Shown piece by piece: positions 16,487 to 30,290 of a DNA stretch of 64,000 nucleotides. Numbering within the stretch: position 1 is the stretch's first letter; each line of letters begins with the position of its first letter. The stretch is from Bugula neritina. Its lineage: Eukaryota; Animalia; Bryozoa. The DNA lies in NCBI GenBank assembly GCA_964035545.1, contig OZ037768.1, positions 8,774,741-8,838,740 of the forward strand. Direction: 5' to 3'. The notes under the pieces are model-generated. The model worked only from the letters and a program-made list of their open reading frames with translations, was not told where the DNA came from and did not search any database. Made by a program: the position numbers and the translations under genes.

Positions 16487-16611
<125 letters not shown>

Positions 16612-16860
16612 CGTAGCAGCCGTAGCAGCCGTAGCAGCCGTAGCAGCCGTAGCAGCCGTAGCAGCCGTAGCAGCCGTAGCAGCCGTAGCAGCCGTAGCAG
16701 CCGTAGCAGCCGTAGCAGCCGTAGCAGCCGTAGCAGCCGTAGCAGCCGTAGCAGCCGTAGCAGCCGTAGCAGCCGTAGCAGCCGTAGCAGCCGTAGCAGC
16801 CGTAGCAGCCGTAGCAGCCGTAGCAGCCGTAGCAGCCGTAGCAGCCGTAGCAGCCGTAGC
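16612..16860. repeat. perfect 9-bp minisatellite (CGTAGCAGC)n, about 27-28 copies
   Basis: Identical units directly abutting the (CA)n tract. Confidence 0.98.
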
Positions 16861-16918
16861 AAGACCAATTCCCTTACAGTACTTTTTATAAATAAACATA
16901 GATGATTCTTTTATACCC

Positions 16919-17201
16919 AGGGAGTTGGGGGTGAAGGAGTGTTGAGGTGCTGGGGTGAGGGGTGAAGGAGGAGGAGGTGAGAGGGTGAGAGGGTGAGGGG
17001 GTGAGGAGAGAGGGTATGAGGGAGTGAGGGGGTGAAGGGGCGAGGAGGTAAGGGGGTAAGAGGGTGAAGGGGTGAGGAGGTGGGTGGGTGAGGGGGTGAA
17101 GGGGCGAGGAGGTAAGGGGGTAAGGGGGTGAAGGGGTGAGGAGGTGGGTGGGTGAGGGGGTGAGAGGGTGAGGGTGTGAAGGGGCGAGGGGAGCTGTGGG
17201 G
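16919..17201 (+). repeat. G-rich purine tract (GGGGTGA/GAGGAGG units) with a ~64-bp tandem duplication; G-quadruplex potential
   Basis: Many runs of 3-5 G. CGAGGAGGTAAGGGGGTAAG occurs at 17041 and 17105. Confidence 0.85.
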
Positions 17202-20200
17202 AAATTTTTGATTTTTTGAAAACAAGCCATGCATTGCGCGCATGGTACTAAAATTCCCTGAACTACTAAATAAAATTAATGTGCGTGCATTAAAAATTCA
17301 CTTTGGAAAAGCTGAACTGTATTATGTTTTAATTACACTAATCTGTTACTAACGATCTTTTGTTAGCTGTTTTTTACAAAGTTTACTAAAAAGCACTAAA
17401 CTATGTTTACACTGATTAACTATTCCAGATTAATTCGCTGAACCAAATAGTTGCTGTTTACAGAGGCAGCTAGAGGTTGACCTCTGCGGATCCTCTCAAA
17501 AACAAGATTAAAACGACAATCATCAGAGTAACAATGATTCACATTGCTCACTTTTTTACTTCTATTTTATGAGCGGGGAAGCTGTTTTAGAACTACACTC
17601 TAAATGATATAGCTATTTTATTTTAGCAGTTTGCTCATAAGTGAATAGTTTTTCTGGCTCTGGATTTTTCACAATATTATTTTAATTCTTGAAGCAAGGG
17701 TGAAAAACAAGAAGGCACAGAACCATTATATGCAAAGCTGCTCGAGCACAGTACAGGCTTTTAGACTGGTTTATTTCCTGAATAATGATGAACGGTGGGG
17801 AAGGACATGGCAAAACAAGAGCAAATATATAAATATAGAGTGATCTAAATTTATCTACAAAACTTATTTCTGTAAATGACCTTTTGTTTTAATTCTATTG
17901 TGCAAGAGTTCTAAAACAAAAATCTTGTTTGATAGGCCAGGAATAGTTTGACTGAAAGCCAGAAAAACCAATCATCATTGGTTCATAATGCCCTTCTTTC
18001 CAAGACTACGCTTATGTAAAACTTTAACTATATACTCTATAGCAAACTTTATAAGTTCAAGCCTTATATATTAATTTTTTATATGAATGATCTCATATAG
18101 CAGAATATTCCAATAAAAAATGGTTTTATAAAATTCATGGTTTGCCAGAATAATTTGTTTAATGGCTTAAACTGCACAGGTATTCTGCTTGGAAATTTGT
18201 TACCTGTTTATTTACTGAATTTATAAGTTAATCATTTGCATTCTATACAAAAAAGTTGAATAAATGTTGGAAATGTTGAAACATATTACCAGGGCATATG
18301 AAACCTCTAGCTTTAGCATGCAAGCAAGCATACAGAATATAAAAAGTTTAAGGACTTTTAACATGATTGTGTTTGCAACTTTACACTCAATTGAATTTAA
18401 ATATGAGAAAGATATAAACAACAATTTGCAACTGTTATTGTTGTTATACCAAAAGATTTGGAAGCAAACTAGAAATGTGTGCATCATCACCAACTTCACA
18501 CCTTCACACTGTCAGGATTGACTGAATTAATGTCATAAATGTCAACTAAATATAAAATACACAGCTAGCTCTAAGATACTTGTGCCAACTATTATAACAC
18601 TTGTCACAAAAATTATAATATATTGTATAGTTGGAGCTTTTTGTGCATCATGCAAGGAGCAGGGAGTTATAATAGCTGCAAACTGACAAGAAGAAACTAG
18701 TAAACACGGTCTCATTGACAGAAGAGTCATAGTTTGTATTGCTGTGACATGGAAATTATTTTTTGCAGCTTTTAGCTTTCCAATACAAGCATATAATATA
18801 CTTGAGCTGCATGATATTATAGCATGATGAAGTATATATCTGCATGTATTACAATTAACTTTTATCAGGTTTAAATATGCTTAAACTTGATATTGTTTAA
18901 GCTAACCGCTGACTAATACATATGAAGCTTAGTTAACTTGCGGTATCAGATTTAAAATAAAGAATTACTATCTCGTTTAAGTTTTGTTTATTAAAGTTTG
19001 TTTATATTGCGCTAGTATTATCTTTAAATGCCAAACGGACATTTTTAATCGAATAGCAATTGTGTAAGTAGCAATAGTAATTTTCACTTTAATATAATTT
19101 AGTACATTTTAGATGCATTTTAGTAAATGTCACAAAGGGCCCTTCTACTATGATCAATGATTTTGCTAGAATCTTTAGCCACGACTTTTGGATTGAACTC
19201 ATCATGATCATAGGTCTATTTCCACGTTTGACATTGCTATTCATATTCTTAGAAGTTGGGCTCCCATCTTTTTCCCCTCCATCTGTATCCACTCACAATA
19301 TAAGTTATAATACTATTTATACTCAGCCACACATCACATTGTTAGCGTAGATCCTCAAATTCAGCCTAATTCTATTTCTCTAAGGCTATTAATCTTCAAT
19401 TTATAGGAAACTGATGTATTCTTGATCTGCCAATCTTTCAACTTAAAAATTGTGGATGAGTGTTTTAACACATCAAACGAGAAGCTGTTATTGAATTATA
19501 ATTTAGAAACTTTCTAGTAAACAACTTCTATAAACCATATTATTAATTTATTTGAGTGAAAAATTATCAATTATGGATGCATGAGTTCCTTTTTCTCACA
19601 ATGAATCTAAAATCAATCCTTTGTAATTTTTTGCTAATAGCACTGTTTGGTTTATTCGGATACCACAATATGATTGATTTTGGAGGTTTTTGAAACACTG
19701 TGGTTATGAAGTTAATATTTTTGTAAGCAAAACAAGCCACTGTTATAGTTGACTTTTCAATTTACATATTATGGTAAGAAGAATAAAATATCTGATGTAA
19801 AGTGTTGATATTAATATGCACTGGTTAATGATGTTCCTTCATAAGTGGTAGCTAATGTACCGCTGGTATCTATAAATATTGCAGACAAAATAGCTTTCTT
19901 CTGAGCCATAGACACTCATTTAGTTGGATAGGCTATGCATGATGCAAGGCTAAACAAATAGAAAGATGTTTAATGGCACTATTTAGCAAGGCAATACTGA
20001 TTCCAGCATGCGCTGAGTTTTAATTAAAGACTTTATTTGTAAACTATTAGAAGTATTTTATGGAACTATCTAATTTCTTCTATGAAAATGTCTAAAAACC
20101 CAAACTTTAGCACTGATTGAGAAATGTTTTATCTCTATTGCTAAAATTCACAAAATATGTGTTCGAAATATCTTTATATGTTTATATTTCGATTCACACT

Positions 20201-23200
20201 TAGGCATTATAAAATGTTAATATTTATGCACTATAAATTAATTAATAGTATTCAAAAAATTATTTCAAATAGTATATTGTTGAGCTGACTAAACATGCTT
20301 GTTTTGCAAAATGATGTATTTGAATATTCAAGTGTATGAATCCTCTGCAAATATATATAATATTAATACAGCTATAAAACATATTTCATAAATTGCAGTT
20401 TATTGAAAGTTGTCTGCTTTCAGTACTGTCAATAGCGACACATATTAATTTGCTGGGCAAATATCAAGACCTGAGTACAATACTAATCATAGAAGCCTAC
20501 AAAAGGCCGTAAATTTGAGATGCTGTATAGCCTGAGATTTTCACAACCCCACCAGTGTGCTTATTTGCATAATGGAGTTACAGTTGGTGAGGTTTTGGTA
20601 AACCCCACAAGGTGCCATTATTTTTGACAATGCTTGTTAGTTGGTCGATTAATTCAAAATAAAAGCTCAAAATATGTTTGATCTTGTTCTAACGAGTTAC
20701 TTAATAAAATTATGTTTTGCAATTTTTTGACTTTTTTGCAAGAGCATGTTGTTCCAATAGTAATGTCAGTTTGGTTTAGAAAGAAATTTATGTTTGAAAA
20801 ATCAATTTGCTTTCTTGTCAATCAGCCCAATGAGCCCATATAGAGCAGTTTGTGGTAAAATAATTTTAATAAATTATAAAACTTAAACGCCTTTAATATA
20901 ATGTAACTGTTCCAACCCTTGGAAATATGCATCAGGCAAATGGTGTCCAAAGTCTTTTCGTAATTGTCACGTATTTAAGCTAGATTGAGTAATAATACTG
21001 ACTTTCTGCTAGCTTGACATTTGGGTAATTAAAATTTAAATTGGATTTAGTTTAGTAACGTAATTAGATGTTAGAAGCGTGAGAATAAATTCTAGAACAA
21101 TAAATTAATTTATATGGCTGTTGAAATTTGATGTAAATAATAATATACAGGTGTGTTAGTGCAGCATAGCAAAATTAATTCGAGGGTTAAACATATAAAG
21201 ATGTTTGGTTGAACATTGATATTCATCTTAATGTATGCAGTCTGCACCTCAAAATGCATAAAATGCTAGATCAAAAACATGTAACAACTTAGCATTCCAT
21301 CTGATTAAATATTCAGTGGTTAAGAAGTAAAACCAATATTGCTCATATTGATGTGGTGTTTATTAATTAAGGTGGGAATTTACTTTTGATATTCTCTTCT
21401 TGAATTTATTGTGCAAATAAGCGTCAACTTATAAGAAAAAATGAAAATTATGTAAATCTTTAGATATACTGAGACATTATGTCTCAGTGTTTTATTGAGA
21501 AACGTTTCCCATACACAATGCCTGTAGATTAATGCAAACATAATATCAAAATTAAAATCTCATTTGTTATTAGCTAATTACAAACAAAACTCCAAAATGT
21601 TTGCGGGTTTTCCTCATTTTTGAATATAGTATATAGCAGACACTGTTGTTGGAACTTAGTATATCTGCCATATATAAATATTATGTTGTTCTTTTCAAGC
21701 ATTGCACTTGCAAATGTATGCAAAATATATGTTTGCTAAAAACGCATCAAGTGATTTTTCTTGACAGTCTGTTATAATCTTATGAGGTTTGTTTGCCAAG
21801 GACTTGAATTTTCAAAGTATGATAATACATTATTGACTAACAGCTATAAAGTGAATTTCTAAAACATAAACTAGGCTTTAGAACTTTAGTCAATAAAGCA
21901 AAATAAATGCTTAAGAATAATGTCTAAATCAGTTGATGATGACACTTTTATCAAACACATACTTTGTGCACTTATATATGGTATCCATTTAATGTTTATC
22001 ATATATACTTAATTTATTTTCCTATAAATCTCATGGCTTTTAAAACAAAGTATATTGATGTTCTGTTACTAAACATAAGAAATGTAACAACATTTATTCA
22101 TATAATTTTTTATATTAATACATATTATCAAGTAATACCCCTTCAGTACAATAATATGTAGGCTACAATATCACATTTCTATTTAAACTTGTGCTGTATT
22201 GTCAAGTAACAAATTACTCAAACACTGCTATATATATAGCCTACACTCAAAAAATGCTATAACACCACTTAATGGCTTAATTGCTTTTTATTAAAGTCAT
22301 GCAGCAAGAAATCAAGATTCAAAATTTGCCAGCATAATATATTATTGCATTATTTATTTCTAATCTCCATGTAAAAATGGATAATGCAATCATGTACTTT
22401 ATGTCGCTAAAGGTTTTTATTAATGGAGAAACTCCCAAATTGTACACCAGATATATACATGAATTTTCTTTGCTATAAGTTTTCACACATTTGTTACAAA
22501 CTTATAGAAGCCGTGGCTGTTAATTAACCTTGAAAGAAAACATTGTGATAATATTACATTCCAAGATAGATTTTGCTACAAATACCAAAGTCAATGCTGT
22601 TGTAACTCACTCAGTCTAATACTGCCGTATGAGGAAAGCCATATATAAGTGCTTCCTTTTGGGGACAATTTTTTGCTATGCACATAAACAGAAAAGCGCT
22701 GCCTTAACAAATAGCACTCAGTACGATAAAAAGCATCTTATGAGTTACAATTACATATAGAAAAGAAATTGCAGTTATTACCACGATATAATATATAGAC
22801 ATGCCTTGCATAAGTGCACTGCAATTTCAAATAATGTTTTTACATGTTATAGATGTTAGTTTATTATTCAGCATCAACCTAGCATGCTTATATGCACAGA
22901 GCTTTATATCTTATTGCATAAAAGAATAAAATACATATAGAAATGAGGTATCTATTATATGAGCTGTTTCAATTCATGTATTCAAATAAACCTATACTAT
23001 CTCAAAACTAGCCATTGATTCACATGCTACACAATAAGATGAATATAAATACTACAAGTCAGATGTTAAAATTGCACTTAAACAGCATTATTATATATGT
23101 TACTATAATGTTGCTTTGTTAGTACTCTTAACTCAAAAGCTAGAATTTTTATACCATATAGCTTTCACTGTGTGAAAAGAGCCTCTTGCCTAATGAACTA

Positions 23201-26200
23201 GAAGGCAAGCTGACGTTATGGGGAATGACTGTCAGCTGACATACTGCTGACCTATATTATGATATTACTCTTTAGATGTAGCAACACATCTGGTGAGGTT
23301 GAAGTAAACTCTCTTCTAGATTAGTCACATGTTAGCTTTCATTGAAATTTACGGCTGCTTGCCTTAGATGATAATGTTCACAGGTGTGCATGAATTATAA
23401 TTTAAGTATATAGTTGAGATCTCACTGCTTTTTTAAATTGAAATGCACAAATGTGGAATAAAATGTAATTTTTTTTCTATGCTAGTTCTCCGATACCAAA
23501 ATTTAATAAAGCTCTCTCCTAAAAGCATTATGGTAGATATTAACAGTTTTATTTTAGCACTTCATTCATTTATATATTTACTCAAAAAAAAGTGAAAAAA
23601 TAAACCGAAAATTGGTTATTTCTATGAATGCATAACTTAAAAATAAATATCTGACAAAATAAGGCAACTGATTGAACGATCAGGTTTACAATAAATTGCA
23701 TGAGTTTAAAATTTGACTCAATTAATAATGCAAATATAAAGCTGCATTAAATATTTTGGAGAGAGCTTTCAGCACATTTATTGCAAACTCATCAAAATTA
23801 TATTTGTTGATCAACTTTATTTAACCTTTAAAAACATTGTCTTCTATTACGTGATAAACACATGAAACAGAAGCCAAAACTCAATGCAAATTTGCCTTGC
23901 TTGCAGTGGCTAATTATTGTTTATACTAATTTAAGTGCAAGGGATGAATTACAATAGTATACATGTCACCTTACAAAATCAATTGAACTTATCAATAGCA
24001 AATATAGTTCATAATAATACCTATGTGATATAAGATCTGAAAATCTTTAGAATTGAGCTTTTAATACTGCAGTATGTCACAAAAGCACAATTATGCAGAA
24101 AATAAAATTTTCCAAAACTGTATTTTAAACTACATGCAGTGATAGTTTGCACGAATTAGCTATTGCAGCTGTCTATATCCATATAAACAGTTGACGTCAG
24201 AATTTATCTTGTGTTAAATGGAATATGTTTTTATTTTTCAACTAATTAATAATTAAACATTAATTGACAGCGCTTTGTAACTGCCAATACTAAAGAGACA
24301 GCAAAATTCTAAAATTCTTAGCTTATGCAATGTAGTGGTTTTGTAAAGTTTCAAATTATTGGTTCTTTTATTAATCTGAAAAACTTAAAAAATTCACAAT
24401 TCATATATACACATAATAGTAATTAGGCCTAATAATCTGCAATAGCAATTTTCTCACACAAGTGCAGCATTAAATAAGGTGTGTTTTCAAAACATGATAC
24501 TTGATATTCTTGCAACACTAATTGAAAATTATATAAAGTCTAACTTGCCTTCTCAGACTCAATAACCGATAACTCTTGCAAAAAACAACTCTTGGCAGAT
24601 GTTGTGGGATTTGAAGAGGGTAATAAATGAGTCACCCAAATTCTGTTTGTGGCTAAAGCAGAAATTTATTAACTTTCTATGCTCTTCCACAATGCTTTCT
24701 TAATGATTATAATTTAATCTTTCAAATATTCTAAATCTCTATAATTTATTGCCAACCTGAAAGATTACGGAGATAAAGATGGGTCCTTGATTTGCCACCA
24801 AGTGATAGCGCGGAAACGATGAAAATTTCAGTCTAGTGCAATCCAACAAAAACCCAAAAGCTATTTAACAATTACAATGAGAAGAAAGTTAACAGCTTAG
24901 TCAATCAATGAATTTGAACTTATTAAGACATTTAATTTTTTATATTTTAATTATGAGTGTGCGTAATAGAGAGGTTCACTTATTCTCTCTATAGTAGCTA
25001 AACAGGCAAGATAGCTGAACAACTATATAGGCACTCCACTGCTTTATAGATAGTCACACTATAGAAAAAAGACCAGTTAGTATAACATTGGAGATTTTTG
25101 CCTATCAAAGAACAGCAATAACATAATTATATAGGTTATTAACAAAACAGCCTGTAGTACAAAATGTTGCTTTTAAATTGAATTATGTAGCTACTACAGT
25201 AATAGAGAAAATAAATTAAAATAAATTAGTGCAATCAAAATACCATCAACCAATAATAAATGAATTAATAAACAAATAAATAAGTTGTAATGACAATTTC
25301 TTTATTTACTCAGAAATTATCTTCTCTCTGTTTAATATATTATTGTATTGATCAAAATTAGATATTGTATAATATTATAATAGTAAACTGTTTTTGCTTA
25401 TAAATATCTATTATTTGTTGCCTTTGTATTAATCTTGTGAGTATATGCGGTACCTTTGTTAGATAAAAGAGTGAATTATATGTTTTTCATAACATAAATA
25501 TATGCATAAATCTAAACAATTCCAAGGATCAAAGACTACTGTACAACTCATATTCTAAGTGACTGTATGTTTCTGTAATGCTAAAACTTGGTTTCAGAAT
25601 GTATATATATTTATATAAATTACTATCTACAAATAAAATTCATTATTATAGGCTTACAGTTTAATTGATGGCCCCCTTATTCAGAGAACTTCAAGCAGTT
25701 GTGAGTAATTGCTATTCCCTACAATGTCTTGCTTTATCTTTGTAACATAGTACTACTACAATTGTCTAAAAAGCTATTGATTCAGTTTGTTTACTATGTT
25801 ACCAGTTTATTCAACTTTGTAGCAGCTTATTTTTTAAAATTTAATAATAATAGATAGACTTGAACAGTTTAAGCAGGTACTGCATTATATTAAGAAAATG
25901 TACATGACTTGCACAGGTTCTAATTGGCACCCACTTTGTGTTTTAAGATGCTTTTAAAACTTGATATATAAAATTTTAAACTATACAAGACAACAATGGG
26001 TTTTAAATTATACTAACTGTTTAATGTAAGTTTGCAAAAGCTGTCTTGCTATAGATCATTTTGTCGGATCATATCAATGATTGATATATTTGAACCATGT
26101 GAAGTTGTCACCTCTCTATAAACTGCATTATAAAATTATATTAAACATAGTGATGGCATGCAGCAACACTCTCTTACATGATGAAACTTATTTCAACTTT

Positions 26201-26239
26201 TGTGCTTATTTCTAAAAGTTTTAAAGATTGAAAAGCAAC

Positions 26240-26294
26240 TTGTGTGTGTGTGCGTGTGTGTGTGTGTGTGTGTGCGTGTGCGCGCGTGTGTGTG
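26240..26294. repeat. (GT)n/(GC) microsatellite
   Basis: Visible directly in the sequence. Confidence 0.95.
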
Positions 26295-28489
26295 ATTAGT
26301 AAAACTAATTATATATGCTTATTGAAATTAGTTTTAGCAGTATTAATATTTTAACTGTGAATTTATTGTGTTTAGGCTTTTAACTGATCTTCCAATAATT
26401 ATATTAAATATTAATAATGAAAAAGGTTTGCGATTTACTATTAGTTTTCTTTTGAAAATATGCAAAATCTATTAATACGATATTAATCATACAAAGTCCA
26501 AAAATTGAAATAAATTTACATATATATGTTATAATGTATTACTATTTAGACATAATAAATACAAAATGTGATATTGTGTCTACTGTTTTCGAAACCTCGA
26601 CAAAGAAACTATTCCATTATAATTACATAATGTTATATTCATGCTCAGTCAATGCATCACCAATACCCAATAATGACTGTGTAGGCCTATGGCAATGCCA
26701 TTAATAATAGCTGGACAATATATCAATAAATCATTATTGATTTTATGTTGTTTATTTAATTTAGGATACTGTTTCATCCATCATGATCAAAGACAGATAG
26801 TTGCAAAAAATAACAAAGAGTGATTTTTGCTAAGCAAAAAGTTGTGGTTGAAAACCAAATTAATGCCTTATGTCTATAACCTTGTGAAAGCAAAATGAAG
26901 AATTTAATTAGGTTACCGCAGTAGTTCACACACAAAGAGAATATTAATAGAACTTAATATAGAGAGTCATTGCCTCCTTAGTTGCTATTTGGTAATTTAT
27001 ATTAGTACCATTTTTAAGTCAGCTGTTTTATTATTTTTCTGATGATACTGTCGCGCTGTGAGTATTTGTAGATGATGCTTTCGTGTAGTTTATATCAACA
27101 CCTGATTAGCGTGCTGTAACATATTACATACAGTCGCATGTGCCATTATATACTTTTTAAATGCTTTAACTTGCTCTCAACCATGATGATAATTAGAATT
27201 ATTAGCAAGGTTTATAACAAACAAACTGATTTTTAAAAAATAGCAATAAAATTTATGTTATAAAACAGTTAAAATGTCAATTTCTTATTTAAAACTACTA
27301 ACGGAGATATGTGCTTTTTAAACTTTTTAAACAGTATTAATTACCTTCATTACAAAGCATGGTGTTGAATTACTATAATTGATATGTATTATATATCGTA
27401 TTTATTATGTATACATATAAGACTATTATAAAGATATAGCTTTAAAGACAAAGTTTAAATAATATAATTGTTTTTTTAAAGTTATTTTGATGATCATTTC
27501 AAATACTTTTAGCTGATAATAATATAACATGTTTAAAATCATGATATTTATTGTATTATTTAAACATGAATAGCTATATACACTATACAGACAGAGATTC
27601 TAAAAATACAACAATGACCAGCACAAAATTAATAAAAACTTTGATGATAACTGTTTGACTCTTTGAAGCATGAAATAGAATGCCTATGTTGAATGCAGGA
27701 TATATTTATGTTACTTTAAAGGTATCATAATAACTTGTTGTAGCTATATTTTAAACAGTTCAAAGTATTGTACAACATACAAAAAGACCCTATGATTGCA
27801 TGTATGAAGCAACTTGACAACATAGGCCTATTGCTATAGCACACATATAATACAGTTTGTGTATGACTATTATAATTTTAACTCAACAATCCTAACAATC
27901 TAAGTTGACAGCATTTTCATAGAGTACCACTAGATTGGAATGCATTCATTTCAGTGTAAATTAATTTGGAGTGTTGATACATGACATAGTCACGTAACTA
28001 AAGACTGTAAGCATAAGCGTAGCAATTCCTTTAGCAAAATAAAGTATTGGTAGTACCTAAAGAATCTAGCATAGCTCAACACAATTATTATGTTTATCAT
28101 GCAAAACAATATCTGCATGACTTTGTGATAATTTTATTATTCCCTATTATTTCCCAGTTCCATGCGTTTAAAATATAGGCTATGAGAGTTGTCCGTTCTA
28201 AGAAGACTTCCAAAACAGGAGTTGCGTTTAAACAGAGAGATAGAAAATAGACTGATGATTTGTATCACAACCAAATACAAAGCATCGTATATTCATTGAA
28301 AACAAAAATTTGATATAATGAGCTGCTATAGCTTGCTTAGTTAGTAGAGGATTACCAGATGCAGCATAAAAGTTGGGACTATCTAATGCACTGTTTGTAT
28401 ACAACTGAACTCAAAATTAGTGAACCAATGCACTCAATGACTTCCTACTCTGTGCTGCATCAAGCGATCAAATTTTAGTTAGTTTTATT

Positions 28490-28800
28490 TTCGCAAAACT
28501 AGCTAGTCCAGCCAGTGTGATCTTTAACCCTTTGTCTGAGATAAGCGGCGGTTTTATGATCGAAGAAACCACGGTTGGCGTTGCTCTCGATTTACGCCTG
28601 CTATATCGAGTTACGTATTAGAAACTCAGGATGAAAACAATATTGTTCAGTTCCTGCAAAAATGGTGGCGCTAGTTAAGCTCACCAGAGGCGCTTTACAA
28701 AAAGCGCCACTGGTGACAAAATTGAAATAACATTAGCACATGATGAAGTTTCGTATTGAAACCGAAAGGGTGGTTATAGAATTTTTAGACACGCAATCAT
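28490..28800 (+). promoter_or_regulatory. probable CTCF promoter / non-coding first exon region
   Basis: Local CpG enrichment in an otherwise CpG-poor background, ~1.5 kb upstream of the CTCF ATG. Contains a 16-bp inverted repeat at 28681-28716. Confidence 0.5.
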
Positions 28801-30290
28801 AAAAATGGTTTATGTTTAATTATTAAAATCAATATAATGACTAAGTCTAATGAGAATCATAATGATAATGATATTGATAATGATTTATAATGATATTCAT
28901 ATTGAATCATTACACTTTACAGTTTTAGTTTACAATTTCAGTTTACACTTGCACTTCCACCTACTCTTAGTCTTACTCTTAGTCGTACAGTTATTCTTAC
29001 TGATAGTGATACTGATAATGGTATTTATTATTTATTATCACAATTGTCTAGTTACTAGTTAGTGTAACTATACTCATACTGATGCTGTTAGTGTTACTAT
29101 TGCTATTAGACTTAGTACTCACTTAGTCTTACACTAACTCTAAGTGATAAGTCTAACACTTACCTATACTCATACTGATACTGTTAGTGTTACAGTCACA
29201 GTGACAGTGATTGTAATTGTCATCGTGATTAATATTTATTGTTATTATTACTATTACTATTAGTATTAGTAGTAGCCTTAGGCTCAAGCTGAGGCTTAGC
29301 TTCAAATGCTCATCATTCTATATAATATATCAAATTCAATAACAATGTGAATATTGCTATTGAATTTGATTAAAATTGAATTTAATTAATATTATAGATA
29401 TTAAATTCAATAATATTTTATTAAAGATACTATTAATAATAATATTACCATAAGTCTTAGACCCAATATTATTATTACGGATACTTATAATAAAACTAAT
29501 ACTAATAGTCATACTATTATGAGCATTACTCTATAACTATTAGTATAAGTGTTATGTATACACTAGTTAGACTAAAAGTTATGCTTTGTTTTACAGTACA
29601 AGACACAAATGTGCATAACTTATAGTTTTGTAGTTATACTTATAACACTGAGCAATTAGCAAACCCGGGCCAATGTCGAAATCAATCATCAGATGATTGT
29701 TATCAGGAGAAATAGGTCACACACAGTATTTATGTCAATCAAATAGGCTACTCTATTTTGGTCAAAACAATTTATTGTGAAGTACTGCAATAAGGGTTTG
29801 GCAGTTCATTTAACTAAGAATTGCTATACATGCTGTTACTTCCATTATTAATCACAGTTTTAAATTTTTCCAAAATGCATTTACTTTTGAAGAGAATTTT
29901 GATTGTTGTTGTATAGATCTTATTCCGACCACCTATCTGTATTACTAAAAATTTTGAGATGTACTCTACTTAATGTAAATTTGCATTATAAAAATAGATT
30001 TCAAGACATGATAAAAATACTTTTCTAATGAATATTGTGGGGGAGTATGAATGTCACCATAATAATTAATGGTTTTAACTTTTTAAGTAGTTTTGCTTAT
30101 GTTGTAAAATGTATTTTCTTGATGTTAAGTTTTTAATGATGCAAGATATTTTGGGTTATCAAAAGTTACTGGCAACGCTCTCCATTTTTCACAATTCTCA
30201 AAGGGTTATGAGTAGATATAATTATTGTTAATTCTTACTGATTACCAAATTTGTGTTATTCTATTATATATATGTAATATGCTATTAGAT

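Noticed and set aside
16612-16860. Tandem 9-mer array as a CRISPR-like or telomeric array
   Set aside because: No spacers, eukaryotic context, and not a known telomere unit.
19089-19480. Coding-looking minus-strand stretch (MDTDGGEKDG...; RRALCDI in another frame)
   Set aside because: Stops in all frames, no convincing splice pairing and no recognisable family.
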